The translations under genes were made by a program, and so were the position numbers. A stretch of 63,708 bases of DNA, counting the filler, from Sphacelaria rigidula (lineage: Eukaryota): NCBI GenBank assembly GCA_964200075.2. It is 4 parts of 4 records of this genome, joined end to end, with 100 filler letters (N's around TTAATTAATTAA, not from the genome) between each part and the next. Parts side by side here need not be neighbours in the genome. Positions count along the whole stretch, not along the records: positions 47,861 to 63,708 come from CAXNAA020001569.1; 3 more parts are not named here. One strand, written 5' to 3'. Below are positions 60,652-63,708 of the stretch, piece by piece. The notes beneath the pieces were generated by a model, which was not told the DNA's origin, searched no databases, and saw only the letters and a program-made list of their open reading frames with translations. Position 1 is the first letter of the stretch. The number at the start of each line of letters is the position of its first letter.

Positions 60652-62554
60652 GTGAGTGTTCTCCCAGACTTCAAAAAATTGAAGCGCTAGACTGTTGGAT
60701 ACACGCCGTCAAATCTGAACTGCGCACACCATAATATCCTCTCAACGCGAAGTAGTGCGGCGAAGGTAAGGAGAGAGGGGGGGGGGGGGTAGAGAGTTGA
60801 GCCGAGTCGGGCGTGCGTGTGTGCTGTGCTTTTCGACTGTTGCCTACTACTGTTGTGAAGGATCTCCGAAGTTGGGAAAAAAACTGCCCCTCCAGCTTCA
60901 ACTTGGAAAATTAGCGAGGGTGTGACTACGCAGGGAGGTGGGTGTGGGTGGCCCATTCTATACGGGCCAGACCTTCACTGCAATGCACTGTGCCATCGAT
61001 ATTGTGCTGTTTGTTCGTATCGGCAAACTAATACAGGCACTCGTCCTCAACACACACAAAGCCTACAGTCGGTAGTGCATAGATAGATGGCAGCATTTAG
61101 GGCCGGATACTGCAGGGCACGGATCAGAGGGTGGGTGTCTCAGCGAATAAGAATCGACAACGAAATCGAATGGAAATGAAGTCAGTTTCGAATCCGCCTT
61201 TCGACGCTGCAAATTGGGTCTGGCACCGGCAGCGAAAATCCTTCACGGATACGTGTAGGATTGGGCCCATACCGACACACAGCAGTCGACAAACCACAGC
61301 TGGTCCTACGGGTTCACGAGCAAAAAAGTTCAATGCACCCCAAATGCTGTAGTATTCGATGGTCCACAAGATAGCCATAATATTAATAGCTCACTCTGCC
61401 CATTTCATATTGTGCTTCTCTTGACTTTGTTCGATTCCGTCAAGGAATGGGGTGGCGATGACTGTCTCGCAAAATCAGACAAACAACTGATGCCATTCCC
61501 GGTACAATACTCGTACTATACTCGTACGAGTACACTTTGTCGCGGAAAGACTTCGTATATGATTGAGACTACTGTCTGTACTGTACGCCGACACGTTGTG
61601 CATGCTCGCCCAATACGGGACCAACACACGCACTCGATCACAGCACCTTGTTGTATAATTATTACGAAGATGGCTACGAGGCTATCTGTGAATGCATGCG
61701 CGTTCTACTTGGGATGCCTCCTCCATGCGATGCTGCATGCCCCGCCACGATGGGAACACGCTTGTTTGCGTCTCAAAATCACACCCTTCCATGCCATAAA
61801 CGAACACCCTGTTGTCACATCTAAACGAACACCCCGTTGTCACTGCCTGGTCGGTAGGAAGTAACCATTCCTCCTCATATTCCTCCTCAATCATTTCGAT
61901 GCTGCCCTACCGTCTTTCGATTGAAAAGTGCCCCACGTTTTGAGGCTCGCAGCATGAAATCTCCCTCTGCCCGTGCTCGTGAAATCGAAAGCAAGTTGGA
62001 TGCAGTCCGAGGTAGCGGGGTCTCAGTCACAGCGCAGTACAATCTTTATTTCATGTTCGACATCAATTGATCGAGAGATGTCGTCAGGGTTCGGAGGCAC
62101 TTCTGCTTTAAGCGGGAGGCTACTCGCATGGGAGGGGGGTACAAATCCATCGACCCATACAAAATTCTCGCCAAACACTTTTTATTCCTTCACCCCCATT
62201 TAGTTGGCCGTTGGGTCTTCCGTCGACGCGCCGATCGCCAGTCGATGGGTGAAAACTTGAACTTCCAACAACCGCCACGTCGTCCAACCCGTGATCAAAT
62301 GAGCGTCGTGCGTTGCAACCCTCTCGGCCTCATTGTTCATTCTCAGCCGCACGGCTTCTTCTAGTCTCACCATATATATCAGGCATATTTGACGTCGTTG
62401 TACAAAAGTGCGGTTTTGTTCTTCAACAAGGGCTGCTGCTGTCTCATTTTTTCAGTAGACCTAAAGCGTTGGTCGTAACTTCATGGTTGACAAAATGGCT
62501 ACTTGATTTTAGAATCGAGAAAATTCTGAGAAACATTGTGGTGTGGAGCAGGTG

Positions 62555-63379
62555 AGGCGGCGTCTTAGAAGAAGTGATTATCACTTGAAAAAAATCACTT
62601 TTGGAGAAGTAATTGCCCCCACAACGACCACTGTTGTGTCTTATCAACAGGCAGTTTTGTTGAGATCGAAGCCCTGATCTGCGCACAGGTGAAAAATGGG
62701 GCGGTTCTGGAAGTGGCCGTTAGTCCAAAATGTCTGTAGTGCTGCGGACAAGACGCAAAGAGGTAACACAGCGCCGAGACACCTAGCCACGAAAATAGAC
62801 GGATAGATATTTACCACTCACGCGCATCAGCTCAAACGCTAGCTCTTGATCATCTACATACGACAGCCTTTGTTTGACGGAAATCCGTCCAGTATTAGAT
62901 GAAAGGCGGCCGCTTGTGTGTCAGCTAGCAACCGAAAACGTGCTGTTGCTGACTGTTTTTGAGCGTGTGCTGTGCGCGCGTCTCACGCAAATTATCATTT
63001 CTCACTGAATTCTTAACCGATTTGAACAAGGTCACGCACAGCGTGCTCAGCTGATGAGCAGCAATGAACGGAACCGTGTGTTTGGGTTTGAGAGGCTAAT
63101 GCAATCCTCAGGTTCACGTTTGATCGTGTTGACTTGTCTGTCAAGACTTCGGTTATGCCCCTGTCAACGGGATGTTGTATGTTCCCGTTCGAGGTGTCAC
63201 AAAATCACGTTTACAAAAGTGATTTCAGAAAGTGTTTTCTCACTTCCTGAAATCACTTTTGCAAAAGTGATTTTTTGGCACTTTTTGGAGGGGGTGGTAT
63301 CGCAGCAACCAATCATCGGTCGTTTTTTACAGAAGTGGTTTTTTTAAAAGTGACAATCACTTCTGATAAGACGCCGCCT
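62555..63379. mobile_element. MITE-like inverted repeat enclosing a dispersed repeat
   Basis: aggcggcgtcttagaagaagtgattatcacttgaaaaaaatcactt is complementary to aagtggtttttttaaaagtgacaatcacttctgataagacgccgcct; true ends probably extend further out. Confidence 0.65.
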
Positions 63380-63598
63380 GAGCAATGAACCCAGCTCGTC
63401 CAGAACGTGCTTTTGTCGAGTTCCGCGCCTGCGACGTCGGTTTGAGACTTTAGATCCATTTTTCTACAGATTTTCGATTTCCGCAAAGCAAATACGCACT
63501 GTGAAAAGTCGAAATCAACCAATAAATGTTGTGCTGCAGATCCGACAGAGAGCAAGCAAGATATTTATTATATTCGAAAATGAGGTTGACACTTTCTA

Positions 63599-63708
63599 CG
63601 ATAGCCCCCCCCCTCCAAACCAGCTAAAAGCGTCTCGAAAAAAATGGCCATACAGCGCTTCATGTTTGGGTTCAGGCTGCATGAAGCGCCTCATATTGGC
63701 GATATTGG
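63599..63708. mobile_element. MITE-like element (family of 10990-11235), inverted, cut by the window end
   Basis: cgatagcccccccctccaaaccagc...tcaggctgcatg.agcgcctcatat.ggcga is the reverse complement of the right half of the 10990-11235 copy. Confidence 0.65.

Overview
Eukaryotic, intron-rich, repeat-rich DNA, most consistent with a brown alga (Ectocarpus-like Phaeophyceae; this is an inference from gene families and gene architecture). The window is not one locus. It is four contigs (15859, 15852, 15849 and 15848 bp, in decreasing size) joined by identical 100-bp N44-TTAATTAATTAA-N44 linkers. Contig 1 holds a degenerate reprolysin-like metallopeptidase plus 3xWSC gene (minus strand, broken zinc motif, in-frame stop). 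It lies head-to-head with a two-exon NLR-like gene (MLKL-like N-terminus, NB-ARC, TPR). Contig 2 holds a Ty3/Gypsy relic with its 3' LTR and nine internal exons of a BioD-like/DRTGG (phosphotransacetylase N-terminal-like) gene. Contig 3 holds the first exon of an Xaa-Pro aminopeptidase, divergent from a complete 12-exon nucleolin/NSR1-like gene. Intron 6 of that gene carries four copies of a U32-like double-guide box C/D snoRNA with a non-canonical, compensated C/D motif (RUGAUUA/AUGA). Contig 4 holds five in-frame exons of an unknown Cys- and Ser/Thr-rich protein and a Ty1/Copia relic. Dispersed throughout are a tRNA-derived (CA)n-tailed SINE, a poly(C)-tailed retroposon family that inserts at C-runs with target-site duplications, a CAG/CTG foldback element and several MITE-like inverted repeats. 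All gene models were assembled by hand from GT-AG junctions and reading-frame continuity; no database searches were run.
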